DNA from: Trichinella spiralis
Lineage: Eukaryota
Length of the DNA stretch: 64,000 nucleotides
Reading direction: 5' to 3'
Assembly (NCBI RefSeq): GCF_000181795.1
Contig: NW_003526946.1
Span: 7,677 to 71,676 of the forward strand
The translations under genes were made by a program, and so were the position numbers. The notes under the pieces were generated by a model. The model worked only from the letters and a program-made list of their open reading frames with translations. It had not been told where the DNA came from and did no database searches. This document shows, one piece after another, positions 26,785 to 39,542 of this stretch (within the stretch, counting starts at the first letter, position 1; every line of letters begins with the position of its first letter).

Positions 26785-29277
26785 TTTATGCACAGCTGAT
26801 CTTACTGTCAAAATGTTGGCAGATGTTTAACACTTAATTTTCTGTTTTGAATTGTTTACGTAAGTAGTAGCTTGTAAAATTTTAGAAATATTTACTTTTC
26901 CAGTTGATAAATGCACTTGTAAACAACTTCAAAATCAGTGTGCATAATCTGCTATTAAATGATGAGCTTCATGTGCTATTTGACGTTATTGAAAAAACGG
27001 AATAAGATGTGCGGGTAAATACAGCAGCGGCAGGTGTATATTGGAGCTGTTTCCCGAAGCTTTCATGCATCTAACTTCGTAGACAATTTAATGCCGCTAT
27101 CCAAGAAGTGGTTTTGTATTATACTTGTGTCATACTTTACTGATTGCTTTCTTTTCTTTTCCGGTGTGATCCACTTTGTAAATATTCAGCACCTATATTT
27201 GCTTATTTTACTTATTTTTGCTTATTATTGCTGTTATTGTATGTTATTTACTGTTGTTTATTATTGATGTCATTATCTGTTATTCAATGCTTATGTTGTT
27301 GTTGTTAAATATTGAAAAATGAACAAATTATTTCGCTGCTTTGGTGAAATATTGCCATTTCATTTTATTAAACTTCACTAAGTTGCAATTACAAATGAAA
27401 TGAATACCAAAAAGTATTTTTAATAGTATTACAAACACTGATCACTGTAAAGTGTGCAATGGAAAACAAACATTTTACGAAAAAGCAGTTATTATATAAG
27501 TGAGAAAATTTCATGATTTTTGATAACAGTTGCGTCACTTGTACTAATGTTACATAATCAAAAATTTGGACCAATAAAATGAAACATATTGCAGCAAATC
27601 AAAACAGAATAATTTAAATCAGTGAACAGTTAGATAAGAGGATCAATCTTATTACACCGTGAGAATGCAATGAGAAGTTATGCCATTAGCAATTAATGAG
27701 AAGTCGACATCTAGCAACTTATAAGAAAACGCGGAAAAAATTCTCACCAAAGAACACTATCCCAAATTTTATTTGGCGTACCGCGACCTCACTCCAGATA
27801 CTTTCTAATCACAAGCCATTTATAAAAGTTACAATTCTCTGATTTTTCTGTGAATAAAAGCAATAATGATTCTTCAAATATGATACAGTTTATGTTTCTA
27901 TACGTTGACATTTGTGCGGATGTTACTAATGCTACGTAATAAATTTGATATAATAGGCTGCTACGGAAACTACACAACCCTAGAGCATTAGTATAAGTGC
28001 TGCTCTTTTGTTTGGAAATAAAGATTATCAGCAGCTATTTTCACTACAAGCAGAACTGAACTGTCATGCAAAGAGCAGCCACAACTGGCTCGGTTTGTTA
28101 GCGATCCCTCGCTAAGCTTCAATAGTAAATTTAAAACAACATCTTCTACTGCAGCAAATCAAACAGTTATTTATGATGCACATTGTTTTTGGTGTAATCA
28201 CTTCCTGCCGTTAATGAGAAATGTCATTTGTTATTAACAGTCTCGATGATATTCACAAAATAATAGCAGTTTAGAACGTATTAGACATTCTTCAACATGT
28301 TGTCTATGACGTTACCCTATCTGTGTTGTCACTTATCTCTCGTGCGTATTATGTATGCAAAGCAAATTGTACATTCCGATCGACTTTGCCGCAGGAAAAT
28401 ACAATGTGTGCCGGACATAACGTCGATGAACAATCGAACTTGACTTTCAGAAACTACAGTAAAATCAGAGTGTGAGATTCAGAACATGGGTTTGGTACTG
28501 GCTGATGAAGCATAGGTTAGTCGTCGACGAACAGAACAAGACTGGCTCTGAACAGAAAATACAGTAGCTGCGGTTTGTGGGTAACGTGACATCTGAAAAG
28601 GAGCCCTGTCCGCGGTGTACAAGTTCAGTCTGCTTAAGCACTTGTTGAGTGTGCTAAAAGAGAACCTGTTGGAAGAAGCGTGTACAGGAACATAAAATCC
28701 ACGCAGTATAGGGGGCTGTAGACGACAGAGAGAGCGCTGTAGAAGGATTGAATTGTTGCTGAGCGTAGTTAGTCTGTTGTATTATGACTTTGTGTGCAGC
28801 GTTCATGCCTCAGCAAACGGTGCGATTATTCGACTGAAATTTGTTTGATAAGCTCTCATCTGTGAACAAGAGACAACGTCGGTCGGGAGGCATACCCCTT
28901 CTGTCAGAATAGGCAACTTAAAACGAATATATAGAGAAGAAATGCCCGCTTAAATTCCAAAATAAGTTATAAGAAATAACTGTCGATAATTTTTATGATT
29001 TTTATTAAAACATTTGTGGCAATTCATATTAAATCAACCTTTGAATTAATTTTCCGTTAGCTTTACTGAAATTCACTTTTATCAATAACATCAAATCACG
29101 CATCAAGCTCAGCAATATTGAAATGGGGATTGCACACACTATTTTTACTTGTTTACAAATGCAATGCGCAACTGAGAAAACAAATATTTCTTAGATTTTC
29201 AAAGCGATTATTTACGTAAACAATCCAAAACTCATTGAGACATATAAATATCAACATTTTGATAATAAAATCAGCAA

Positions 29278-31615
29278 ATGATTCATATGATGAAGAAATT
29301 AGCATTATTATTATCATTGATTCATTGCACTTTGTATTTCTGCGCTGCCCAAACATCGAAATGTCAACGAGCCGATGGAGGAGGGAATGTTGACTGGTAT
29401 GTTATGCTCTGCCTTTTCTCTTACATGCGCATGATTTATTGAAAATTCCTTTTTACGATAACATAAATACATGCCGTTTTATTAATTAATGATAACTATT
29501 AACGGCAGCAAAGTTTAACACATGCAAAATTTTGCACGTTTTTCAACTAATTTAAAAATATTCTTATAGAGCAGTCAAGCATTGCTTATTATATGCTATT
29601 CATAAAAAATGTATTACATTGTCATGCGTCTGATTAGAAATTACCTTTTGATTGATTTAGTTTAGCAGTGACTGATATTTTTCACAATAGTTGTAAATTT
29701 GAATTTGTTAAATATAAATTTGAATCAGTTAGTTCATTTGTACAGAATTTTAAAGCAAATTCTTTCTCATTTTTTGCATTTATGATCAGCTTACAGAATA
29801 TAATATCATTAACAATATAATTGTAATCCCAAATAGGAACAGTATTTTTATAAATTTGCCGTAATATCAATGAACGACTCTCAGCTTTGTAATTAAGTGT
29901 TTCTGCTAGTAATTTGAAAATTCAATACCGAATTTGGAATTATAATATTATCTGTGAAGAAGTTTCAAATGCAAATAGTGAACATGCAACCTCGTTTTAA
30001 ATAGATAGTGCCGAAAAATATTAATTAGTGCCCAATGCAAGTAGTATGCGCTATGACACAAAACGATGTTAAATTATTTTATTAAATGTAATTACGTGTT
30101 ATAATACTTATTACAATAATATTCCAATTATAGGGCCATTTTATATAAACCACCTGCACAAAAAAGAGGAAGAATTCTGATAGCACCAGGAGCGGCCTGG
30201 GAGGTATATCCGGCAGATCTCGATGCCGGTGCGGGTCATTCATTTTGGAAAACATTTGAAAGTGTAGTTGGAGCTCATAATAATAAAAATTTTTTTGCAT
30301 ATAACAATGCGGCACCTGGTGTAGTAGGAGTTAAAACAAAATCGAATAGCAAAGGTTTTTGCAGAATTTTGTAAAAAAACGTTGCCATTAATGATGCATG
30401 TTTAGGTGTTGTAATATTAGACACTACAGCTCCACTAGATGAAGCTGCTTGGATTGTTCATACAGTACCTGGTTATCCAATACCAAAAGTGGCATACACA
30501 TTTCCAGCATCAGAATATGCAAATGGTCATTTGCTGATTTGTCTTACAATTGCTGAATCTCAAATCGAACCAATAGGTTTGTCTATTTACATTGAAATGA
30601 TAATTTACCTGAATGAAGTCTGAATGAATTAAAATGCAATGAATTACAGTCATTCAGTTTATACTATTTAATGTCAGTTGCGTTTGCTACTTTGTTTTTT
30701 AAAATATTTTCTTTCTCTCAATGCATATTCTATGAGATAAAAAATATAGATAGAATCTTTTTGGGGGGGAGATGATAAGAAATGTTTTTTTTTTTCCCCC
30801 CCCCTATTTAGCTTTAAATTTTTATTATTTCAAGAATTAAATCACTTTCGTTCATTTCATTATTCATTATTCAACAGTGTTTTTATTCGTAAAAACAAAT
30901 TATTGAATATTATTTATACCATAGGTATATCATATTTATACCATATTAAAAATAAAATTGTTATCAATAATGCAATATTATATTATAGAATAATAATACG
31001 AAACTTGAAAATATTACTGCTTTCTGAATATGCGGTGTGCAAGCAGTTTAGCAATCTATTAACTGAACTGTAGACATACTGCATATTTCATAACGCTTAT
31101 TTCAAAAAACAAACAAAGAATAAAAGAAATGAAATATTTCAGCGGCTGCTTTATTGATGACTTCACCATTTATCTATTACAATGACGTTCCTGATGCAGA
31201 AGTAAACACCAGACCTTCACTAAAAAAGGTGTTAAGTGGGGAAACTGCATTGAAGCCACCATTTTCCGGCAAACAGAACATTAAGACACAAGGAAATCCC
31301 ACAGTTCCAGTTCAAATATTCAGTAAATCTGAACGATCCAAATACGGTAACTATTATTTTATAAAAATGTGACAGAATGATAAAATTATTAAAATATGTG
31401 CAAATACTGGAAAAGCGCGTAAGTTAATTTATTCTGTGACTGTGTTTAACATTACGCATTCGAATTCTGCTTAATAAGATATTTTTATTTCCTTTGCCTG
31501 GAATAATTTCACAAATATACAAAAAAAATTATATCTTTAACCAGTTTGAAAGAAGAACAATCCAAAGTTTTGTCCAGACGGGATAAAAAATTGAAAAGCC
31601 AATTGCCAAAATTCC
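29278..31615 (+). CDS. Secreted DNase II-like protein, copy E (near-identical to A; 3' end low quality and cut by gap)
   Basis: Exons 29278-29396 (MIHMMKKLALLLSLIHCTLYFCAAQTSKC), 30134-30354, 30406-30576, 31143-31346 and a garbled exon 5 from ~31514. Confidence 0.85.
29617..31615 (+). repeat. ~2 kb direct repeat of 3521-~5498
   Basis: Both copies begin CATTGTCATGCGTCTGATTAGAAATTACC and stay nearly identical through introns; offset 26,096 bp. Confidence 0.95.
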
Positions 31616-31625
31616 NNNNNNNNNN
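31616..31625. other. Assembly gap
   Basis: 10 N. Confidence 1.
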
Positions 31626-31884
31626 TTTTCTCTCATTGTTCCTTGCCCACGCTATTTTATTAGACCGTCAAATCTTTGTCGTATTGGTTTTCATTTTATT
31701 TGGCCGTGAAGTCTTTGTCGTATTGGTTTTCCTTGTCTAATTGCTCAGTGAAGTCTTTGTCGCATTGGTTTTTTTTGTCTAATTGCTCATTGATTCAAAC
31801 TCTTCAGTTGTGATTAAGATTTGACGGTCCAATAAAATAGCGTGGGTAATGACCAATGAGAGAAAAGCGGGACCGAGTAGTACC
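31626..31884. mobile_element. Short (MITE-like) copy of the Merlin-like element, including the right TIR
   Basis: 31626-31812 is a diverged direct copy of ~2956-3141. 31817-31884 is the inverted TIR ending GACCGAGTAGTACC. Confidence 0.75.
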
Positions 31885-34800
31885 AAACCTGGCCAGAACA
31901 ACCTCTGCTGACAACTGCCATGGACCATGGTTGTTGGAGCAACGACCTGAAGGTAGACTACCCGTGGCCATTGCTGGAGCCGTGGATGCACCCTAGGGAA
32001 GGGTGCGTACCTCTCCAACTGCTGAATCCGTCTGGAGATAGGGTAAACTATCCATCAGGGAAAGGCTGTGGCGACAATTGAAGCCGTTGACCAACTACCT
32101 TTGGGAAGATCCCCACAAACACACGCAAAGTTACAGACTGCAATCGAGAAGCTGCTTGATGAAGTAGCACAGCGAACCAGCAGCGAAAAGCTAGATAAGT
32201 GAGAGCGCTGCTCACTGATTTCGCTGATGCATTCTCAACCTATGATGGCGACATCGGCAGAACCACTCAGACGCAACATCATATCAACACAGGGGATGCC
32301 AAACCCAATACGCCAGTGCCCTTGCAGAATGCCGTGGCACTTTTGTGAACAAATGGACGGTTTGCTCACGGATATGATGAATAAACCGTCGACGTCGCCA
32401 TGGACGGCTCCTGTCGTGCTGGTCAAGAAAAAGGATGGGAATCTAAGATTCTGCGTAGATTTCCGGAAACTCAACTTGGTAAGAAAGAAAGACAGCTATC
32501 CGCTACCGCGAATAGACGAGACGATCGATACGTTGGCCAGAGCAGAATGGTTTTCGATGTTGGACTTAACAAGCGGATACTGGCAAGTACCGGTGTCAAA
32601 AGAAGATACAGAGAAAACGGCATTCTGCACACCGAAGGGGCTCTATCAATTCAAAGTGATGCCATTCGTATTGTGCAATGCATCAGCGACGTTTCAGCGA
32701 GTGATGGACTTGACGCTGACTAGCCTCAAATGGAAAAAAAGGTTTAGTGTACTTAGACGACGTAGTGATCTTTGGGAGAACATTCCAGGAGCACCTCAAC
32801 AATCTGGCAGAAGTACTGCAGCGCATCAGACAATCTGGCTTAAAATTGAAGCCAGTGAAATGCTGGTTATGCGCTAAAGAAGTACCATTTTTGGGTCACA
32901 TAGTGTCCAGAGACGGCGTAAGAACCGATCCAAGCAAGACAGAGAAAGTGGTCATGGCCAACTCCAACCATCACGTCAGAGGTTTGCACCTTCTTTGGCC
33001 TTGCGAGCTATTACCGACGATTTGTGAAATCGTTTGCGAGCATAGCAAGACCCCTGCACCGTCTCACGGAACAAGGACGTCAATTCAGCTGGTCGAATGA
33101 AACTGAAGAAGCGTTTCAACGTCTCAAGCGAGCATTGACAACGGCACTAATTCTAGCGTTTCCACGTTTTGATATTCCATTTATTATAGATACTGATGCA
33201 TCTGAAACCAGTATAGGAGCAGTCCTATCGCAAAAACACGACCCTGAAGGCGAACGTGTGATCACTTATGCAAGCAAAACACAGTCGAAGACAGAGAAGA
33301 AACAGCTGTTGAGCATCGTCTACTTCACTAAGCTCTTCCGACCGTACCTTGTTGCGCAGCAGTTCATCCTGCGCACTGATCATGACAGCCTGACGTGGCT
33401 GCGATATTTCAAAGAGCCGGAAGGTCAAGTAGCCAGATGGCTAGAGCACCTACAAGAGTACGATATGGAAGTGGTTCATCGCAGAGGATAATGCTGACGC
33501 AATGTTCAGAAGGCCAGAAGTGACGGAGGACAACTGGGATCAACCCACAATTGAAATGCCTTCGGCTGCAGTGAGAACGGCGGCCGTTTCACTATCGTCG
33601 AAGGAAGGCGCGTAGCCATTGGAGGCACCGCAGGATGAAAACATCGAATGTGTTATCTGATTTTTCAGGCGAGGACGGCGACCAACGGACAGCGAATGGT
33701 GGGAACTTCACAAGGACAGCTGAGACTTTGTGAAGCAATGGAAACATCTTCGGCTAAAGCCAGCCGGACTAGCGGTAGTCATAACCGGGAAGCCAACACG
33801 TTGGGTACCGCCTTACCATACCCGTCTGAGCATTCTGGAACAACTACACAGTGGAATCGGCGGCGATCATCTTGGTGTCAAGAAAACGGGAGAAAAAGTG
33901 AAGATACGCTACTTTTGGCCAGGTTGGTACCGTGACGTCAAGGCGTAGTGCGAAGGATGCGAAGCTTGCGCACGCAGGAAAACACCACCCATCGTGAACA
34001 TGCCTCCAATGGAAAGTATAGTGGTGGGTAACCCAATGGAAATCGTCGCATTCGACATATTGGGACCTGTAACAAGATCGAAAAATGACAATAGCTACAT
34101 CATGGTGGTGACCGATTATTTCACACGCTGGGTAGAAGCCTATGCATTGCCAAACTAGCAGGCGGAAACGGTTGCTCGCAAACTGGTGCAGCAATTCGTA
34201 TGCCGTTTTGGCACACTAATGGAAGTGTTATCTGATCAAGGGGCACAATTCCAAGGTCGCCTGGTCACTGAACTCTGTAAGCTACCGGGTATCAAAAAAT
34301 ACGAACAACTGCCTACCACCCACAGGGCGACGGCATGGTGGAGCGATTTAATCGCACTTCTTACAATGATGCTCACGATAGCGATGGAGGAGGCACAAGA
34401 CGACGACTGGGAAACGTGAATCCCACAGGTGTGCTTTGCCTACAATGCAAGCGTGCACGAAACCACAGGATACGCACCCTTCGAAATGATGTTTGGGCGC
34501 CCTCTGTGACTCCCAGTGGATGCAGCGTTCAACACGAACTTGGGGAACGCAACGACTACCAGCAAATATGTCGAAGAGGTGGCAGCCCACTTCCGAAACG
34601 CGTTCACGGCTGCCTGAAAACACAGTGCGGAGCAACAGATGCGGCTAAGGTATTATTACAATCAGAAGACAGGAAATCTGAACTACAAGACCACGAAGCA
34701 GTCTGGTTGTACTGCTCTATCAGCAAAAGCAAACAAAACAGGAAATTCACGACACCGTGGACACGGCCGTTCGAGATTATGGAACAAGTCTCCGGGGTAA

Positions 34801-35100
34801 ATTATCGCATCCAGAGTATCAGAAATCCAATACGAACCCAGCTGGTGCATGCCAATCGCTTAAAGCGATGTAAATTGACATCTGCACAGCTCTTCAGCCT
34901 ACGACAAAAATAAAACGAAGATAAGAAACAAGTTCGACGTGAACGGCAATCCAAGACCAAGCCCAGGATATATCGCCCACGACTGGTGTGGGCTGAAGAA
35001 GATCATGGATGGGATGGCACGTCAACACCAGCAATGGTAGCTCAGAGGCCGCAGCGGAAGCGAAACCCACCCGTGAGATACAACGATTACGTCGTTTATT
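31885..35100 (+). pseudogene. Gypsy pol pseudogene (RT, RNase H, integrase)
   Basis: PVVLVKKKDGNLRFCVDFRKLN, LDLTSGYWQ, YLDD, FLGH, TDAS, RTDHDSL, an HHCC zinc finger and an integrase core (VTDYFTRWVEAY, SDQGAQF, MVERFNRT). Many frameshifts and stops; no protease motif seen. Confidence 0.95.
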
Positions 35101-35136
35101 GAGATCGTGAGGCGCGATTGCCAGAGAACACGGTCT

Positions 35137-35361
35137 TGTAATGGTATTCCGATCTCGACAACCTAACCATCAATAATCTAGAGTAGGAGATTTAATTTTG
35201 CATAAAGTGGCGTTGGCGTTGACGTGTTAGCGAGTTTAGTATTGTAGTGTGTACCCCCTTGCGTGTATGTTTTCACTTTATATAGTTATTCCTAACTGAA
35301 TAAATGCATTGTTTCGTTAAATAAAAAGTTTGGTTTGTTGATAAAAGACGTAAGCGTAACA
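35137..35361 (+). repeat. 3' LTR of plus-strand gypsy element
   Basis: TGTAATGG...CGTAACA followed by TTCT. Confidence 0.9.
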
Positions 35362-35430
35362 TTCTTTTCACGCGCCATGCGAAGATATCAATCATTTTAG
35401 AAATTTAGTTTCACCGCAAAGGTTAATAAA

Positions 35431-35442
35431 TACTCGTCGCCA
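35431..35442 (-). promoter_or_regulatory. PBS of the older minus-strand gypsy element; its LTR probably extends rightward from ~35447
   Basis: Minus strand reads ...CACA-TATT-TGGCGACGAGTA (tRNA-Ser-type PBS). It joins the gag at 1916 once the plus-strand element is removed. Confidence 0.65.
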
Positions 35443-36938
35443 AATATGTGAGATCTAGGTCACTTCTAGATTGAGTACTTTACTACAACAGACACACGCA
35501 CCACACCAAAAAGGTACAACAACATGCCTACTGCATTTATCGGATATTCATGTGCAATTCTTATTTTTTTAATAGATTAAGTACATATGCTACATAATGT
35601 AAACCAACAACTCAGTTGACTAAACATTCAAGTTGCAATTGTTGTATTACGATGATAACCAAATATTCAACGGTACATACAGATCAAAAAGAACCTGTTG
35701 GATTTTGAAATCATTTTATTAAACAAAACTGAAATCTGATTAAGATATTTTTCATCTCAAATTCACTCCATTATGAGTGTGAGCATTATCTTGTTCTAGC
35801 ACCGCGTATACTTTGCCGAAATACAGTCATTGTTAATTATCTTCGTCAGCAGGCAAGGAGCACAAATTGGTCTTTCATGTGCTGCCAAACTTTCATTTAC
35901 ATTGTTCAGAGTAAACAGTAACTGCGGAATATCAACGGGTTCGCTGCCTGGATCATACAGTAAGCTGTTTATTTGAGAAAACATCCACAGCGTTGTAAAA
36001 ATTCCGGACCACCTCTGGCATTGCTCAGATTCTGCTTGAATTTGTATCTTTTGTATTTCAATGGCATCATAATGTTCAGAAAGATTAAAATGCCAGCTCT
36101 TCTAGAGTAGCATTTACTGACCTCACATTTTATGGAGATTCTGTGAAAAATTTCTCAGTTGTAGGTTAGCTGCTGCATGCATTGAAGTGAAATTGCTTTT
36201 GCCCAGCTTAGGTGAAATTTAGCTGCAGGGCATGTGTTAGTCTAGCCAATTTTTAGAAAATTGTTCGTGCTAGATGTTGACCTGGCTCAATAATCGCCGC
36301 ACAACTTTCTTTTACGTTAAGCTAGTAGAGGCGGCTAGCTACGTTACCATTGTAAAAAGAAGTCAGTACGTGTCGAATTACGAAAGCAATCAATAATAAA
36401 GAAGTAAAAATTCACTGACATTTTTTACTGAAAGTAATTTGCAAATATTTCTTTACTTTCATAAAAATTGAACTAACGAATTTCATAACTGAAATAACCA
36501 CATTACAAATCAATGTTTCTTACAAACCTGTAGATTGTTTGTAGCAACGTGATTACAAAACGCTACAATGCAAATTGTAATTCAGCAAGAAGATCAAATA
36601 ATAAAAATAATTGTTTTATAATCTTGATATCATAGAAGTATAATTATTTCAACTGTATTTGCTATTCAGAAAATCCAGTTGATTGAAAATTTGAGACTGA
36701 AAAATTCTCTCTCACAGTGCCTTTTCTAACAGTTTGAATTCTTGCAAATATTTATTCAAATCTGCGAACATTAAAATAAATTATTTATTAGATGAAGACA
36801 AAACAATATTATTTGAACGATACAAATTTGAAAGTCTATACATTTTTGGTTTTCACACAATTATAATACATAATAATATAATTAAAATAATAGTGAATGA
36901 ATAAGCATATGAGTAGTAGCAAATAATGATGATGGTGG

Positions 36939-37436
36939 TTATTCGGTAGTCATTTCAGCTGGAGTAGCACTGCCAAACAGAATATGACTATAGTGAGATT
37001 GCAAGAACTTTTCGTACAATGCTGCAGCTCCAAGGCAGGTTGGCATGAAAAGCCAAAGGAAGAAAATCCATTTAAGCTGCCAATAGAGTGGAAAAATGTG
37101 GTTAATGCTGTAAGCAAAAACATCAGTAATCGTAAACAATCCAAAAATCACCCAATAAAACATCCACTGCTTGCGTTTGTTTTTCTCATTTGATTCCATC
37201 TCTGCTAAAGTTTTCATCGCTGGATAGCCAAAGCAAATCAAATTGCACCACAATTCTGCTACGCTATGAGCATAAACCAAAACCAAATTAGTCAGACACA
37301 GCAAGAAGCATGCAGCTCCGGTGCGACGTCTACCAGTTCTTTTTTCATATTCACCAAATACTTTTCCAACTATTCCACTTTCGTCGTAAATAGCATCTTT
37401 AATACCATTGCAAATATCCTGGAACTTTTGGGCCAT
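36939..37436 (-). CDS. REEP/DP1/Yop1 (TB2/HVA22) family ER-shaping protein, single exon
   Basis: LCNLICFGYPA-like (LWCNLICFGYPAMKT)...QWMFYWVIFG...FPLYWQLKWIFFLWLFMPTCLGAAALYEKFL. Start taken at MAQKF. Confidence 0.9.
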   Translation of the reverse strand: MAQKFQDICNGIKDAIYDESGIVGKVFGEYEKRTGRRRTGAACFLLCLTNLVLVYAHSVAELWCNLICFGYPAMKTLAEMESNEKNKRKQWMFYWVIFGLFTITDVFAYSINHIFPLYWQLKWIFFLWLFMPTCLGAAALYEKFLQSHYSHILFGSATPAEMTTE

Positions 37437-39542
37437 TTTCAAACAAACCAGAAAATACCCGCTCACTTGGATCTAGAAGAGCAAACTAACTGCTATTGTT
37501 ATGAACTTTTTGATATGTACTTATGGATTTTAGTTTAAAGCGCGTTTAAACTTTCACTTTAAACATATTTTCACTTATGTTTCCTTGTTTAAAAAGCACA
37601 TTAAAATTCAGACAAGAAAAATTATAATGCAATTCTGATGCATTTAAAAAGAGAAAAAATGCATTGATATCTTTGCAGGTAAGGCATTAATTGACTGTAA
37701 GAAGAATGAAATTAGACAGAAAACTATGAGTCAATAAAATTTGAGAAAACAAAAACAATGATTTAAGAATAAATTTTGAAAAATATAAAACATATTATAT
37801 GGTTCATGTAGCAGTTAGATGTATTTAGCGGCATGATAAGCAGTTTATGATATTAGAATTTTGATTACAAGAAAACAGAAAGCAGAAACACGATGGTTAA
37901 TTTATAGTAAAACTTAAATCTTCAGATATTGCTTATTTTATAAGTAATAAATTGTAATAAGCGTTTTGCATTTCTGTGAGATTTGCAAAGATAAAAAGAA
38001 GATTTTGCTCAAATCTGTTTGTTGGACAGGCGTAAATTTAATTTGTTTATTTTGTCAGCCAATTTGTTTTACTTTGATTTCATTTTTTGTGCAGCGGAAA
38101 TAGATGTTCTTTAAAAGTTGCTTTTTGTAAAATCATAGCATTATAGAGTCAAGAGATTGTGATACTGATTTCAGCAGCTGCACAGAAGTGTAGTTTTGAT
38201 GATTGTGAAAAGTTTTCGCTTTCTGTAACATTTCTAGTGTCGACTGCATATCGTTTGTACTTTTTCCCATTATGAATTAAACTGTGGTTCCATTGATGAA
38301 ATTCACAGTTTAATGTCTTAGAGAGGAGACTGTGAGACGTTTTTGAAATAAATTAAATGAAACTGCACCAATATTGAAAAATAGTAAATAAGCCTTACTA
38401 CGTCACATTAAGATTTATCTACAATATTATGCTAGCTTATTGTGCACATTATTTAACAAATTCTGGAAGTCGTCCCATAAAAAGCAATATATGTTACGTT
38501 GATTAGAAACGATCCCACCACGGATGAATTCTTGTTAGTGCAGTCCAGTTAGTGAAGAAATTTAGTCAGTTCTCTCATTCTGAATTGCAGGTGCAATAAT
38601 TTAGAAAAGAAGTTAAGCATAAAAAAAAGAATTACTTAAATTTGAATCTAATACAACGAAAAATAATGAAATTATTTTATCCAACTTTCAAGATTCTTCA
38701 AAAAAATATGTTTTAGAAGTTATAAAATTTTGAAATCTAATACATTGTTTCATTAAGGCAGCTAATAAAATTAAAATCTATATATTTTGATGAGAGGCAT
38801 TTGAATGTGCTTTTTTGAGTAATTTATTTTTTCATTTCAAGCAACAGCAGTTATTAACATAACTTCTATTGTTAATTGTATTGGATTGGCAAAATTGCTT
38901 TCCATTGTAAGAACAAACTTTTAACACAATATGCTCTGTTCCATATCAAAATCTTTTACAAGTTTATAGTGCTAATGCAAAAAGAAAAACCTGTCTGTCA
39001 TTAATTAACTTATATGATTTAATTTCATTTAATTATTGTATCATGCTAAAGTTTTCAGTTTAATGAAAAATTTTATATTTGTTTAGGGTAATGCAAATTT
39101 TCTTAAAGTTTAAATGCTTTGTAAAATGTTAGCCTAAAGTAAATTATGCAGAGGTAATATACAGTGTAATAAACTAATAAATTGAATTTCATATTCTATA
39201 AGTTTTCTTGTTTGTTTGACAAATTTTATTATAATAGTAATAGTTGAGCAATCCCAGAAAGCAGGTTACTTATCTTTCTGCTATTACTATATTATAAAAA
39301 TCTATGTAATGTGTTAAAATTTATTTAATTGCTTTTAACGTATGTTCTACAATTGTCTCATTTTGTTTTCTGATTTAGTATTTGTAATTTGTTATGTGGA
39401 ATGAAAATGTAAAATTTTTACTTCTTTGTTAGAAGTAAAATTGAAATACGTTGTTTAGTCGCATTAAAATTTTTATGAGAATTAAGGATACGATTTTTAT
39501 TTATTTCCATTAAATTATTCAAAATTGTAGACTGTTATAAAA

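Larger units (their letters stand above)
1917..35361 (+). mobile_element. Degenerate Ty3/gypsy LTR retrotransposon, interrupted as assembled by ~29 kb of other DNA
   Basis: Paired LTRs, 4-bp TSD TTCT (1913-1916 / 35362-35365), PBS, gag at ~2160-2930 and pol at ~31885-35100. Confidence 0.8.

Noticed and set aside
28290..28950. GC-richer island, possibly an LTR or BEL/Pao remnant
   Set aside because: No convincing motif, TSD or paired repeat could be identified.
30760..30806. G/T/C homopolymer runs that could suggest a hairpin or G-quadruplex
   Set aside because: Absent from the duplicate at ~4680-4705; looks like low-quality base calling.
31510..31615. Frameshifts in exon 5 of copy E suggesting a pseudogene
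   Set aside because: Adjacent to a gap and typical of read-end errors.
35796..36200. 62-aa minus-strand ORF with Cys residues
   Set aside because: No recognisable homology, and upstream frames are interrupted.
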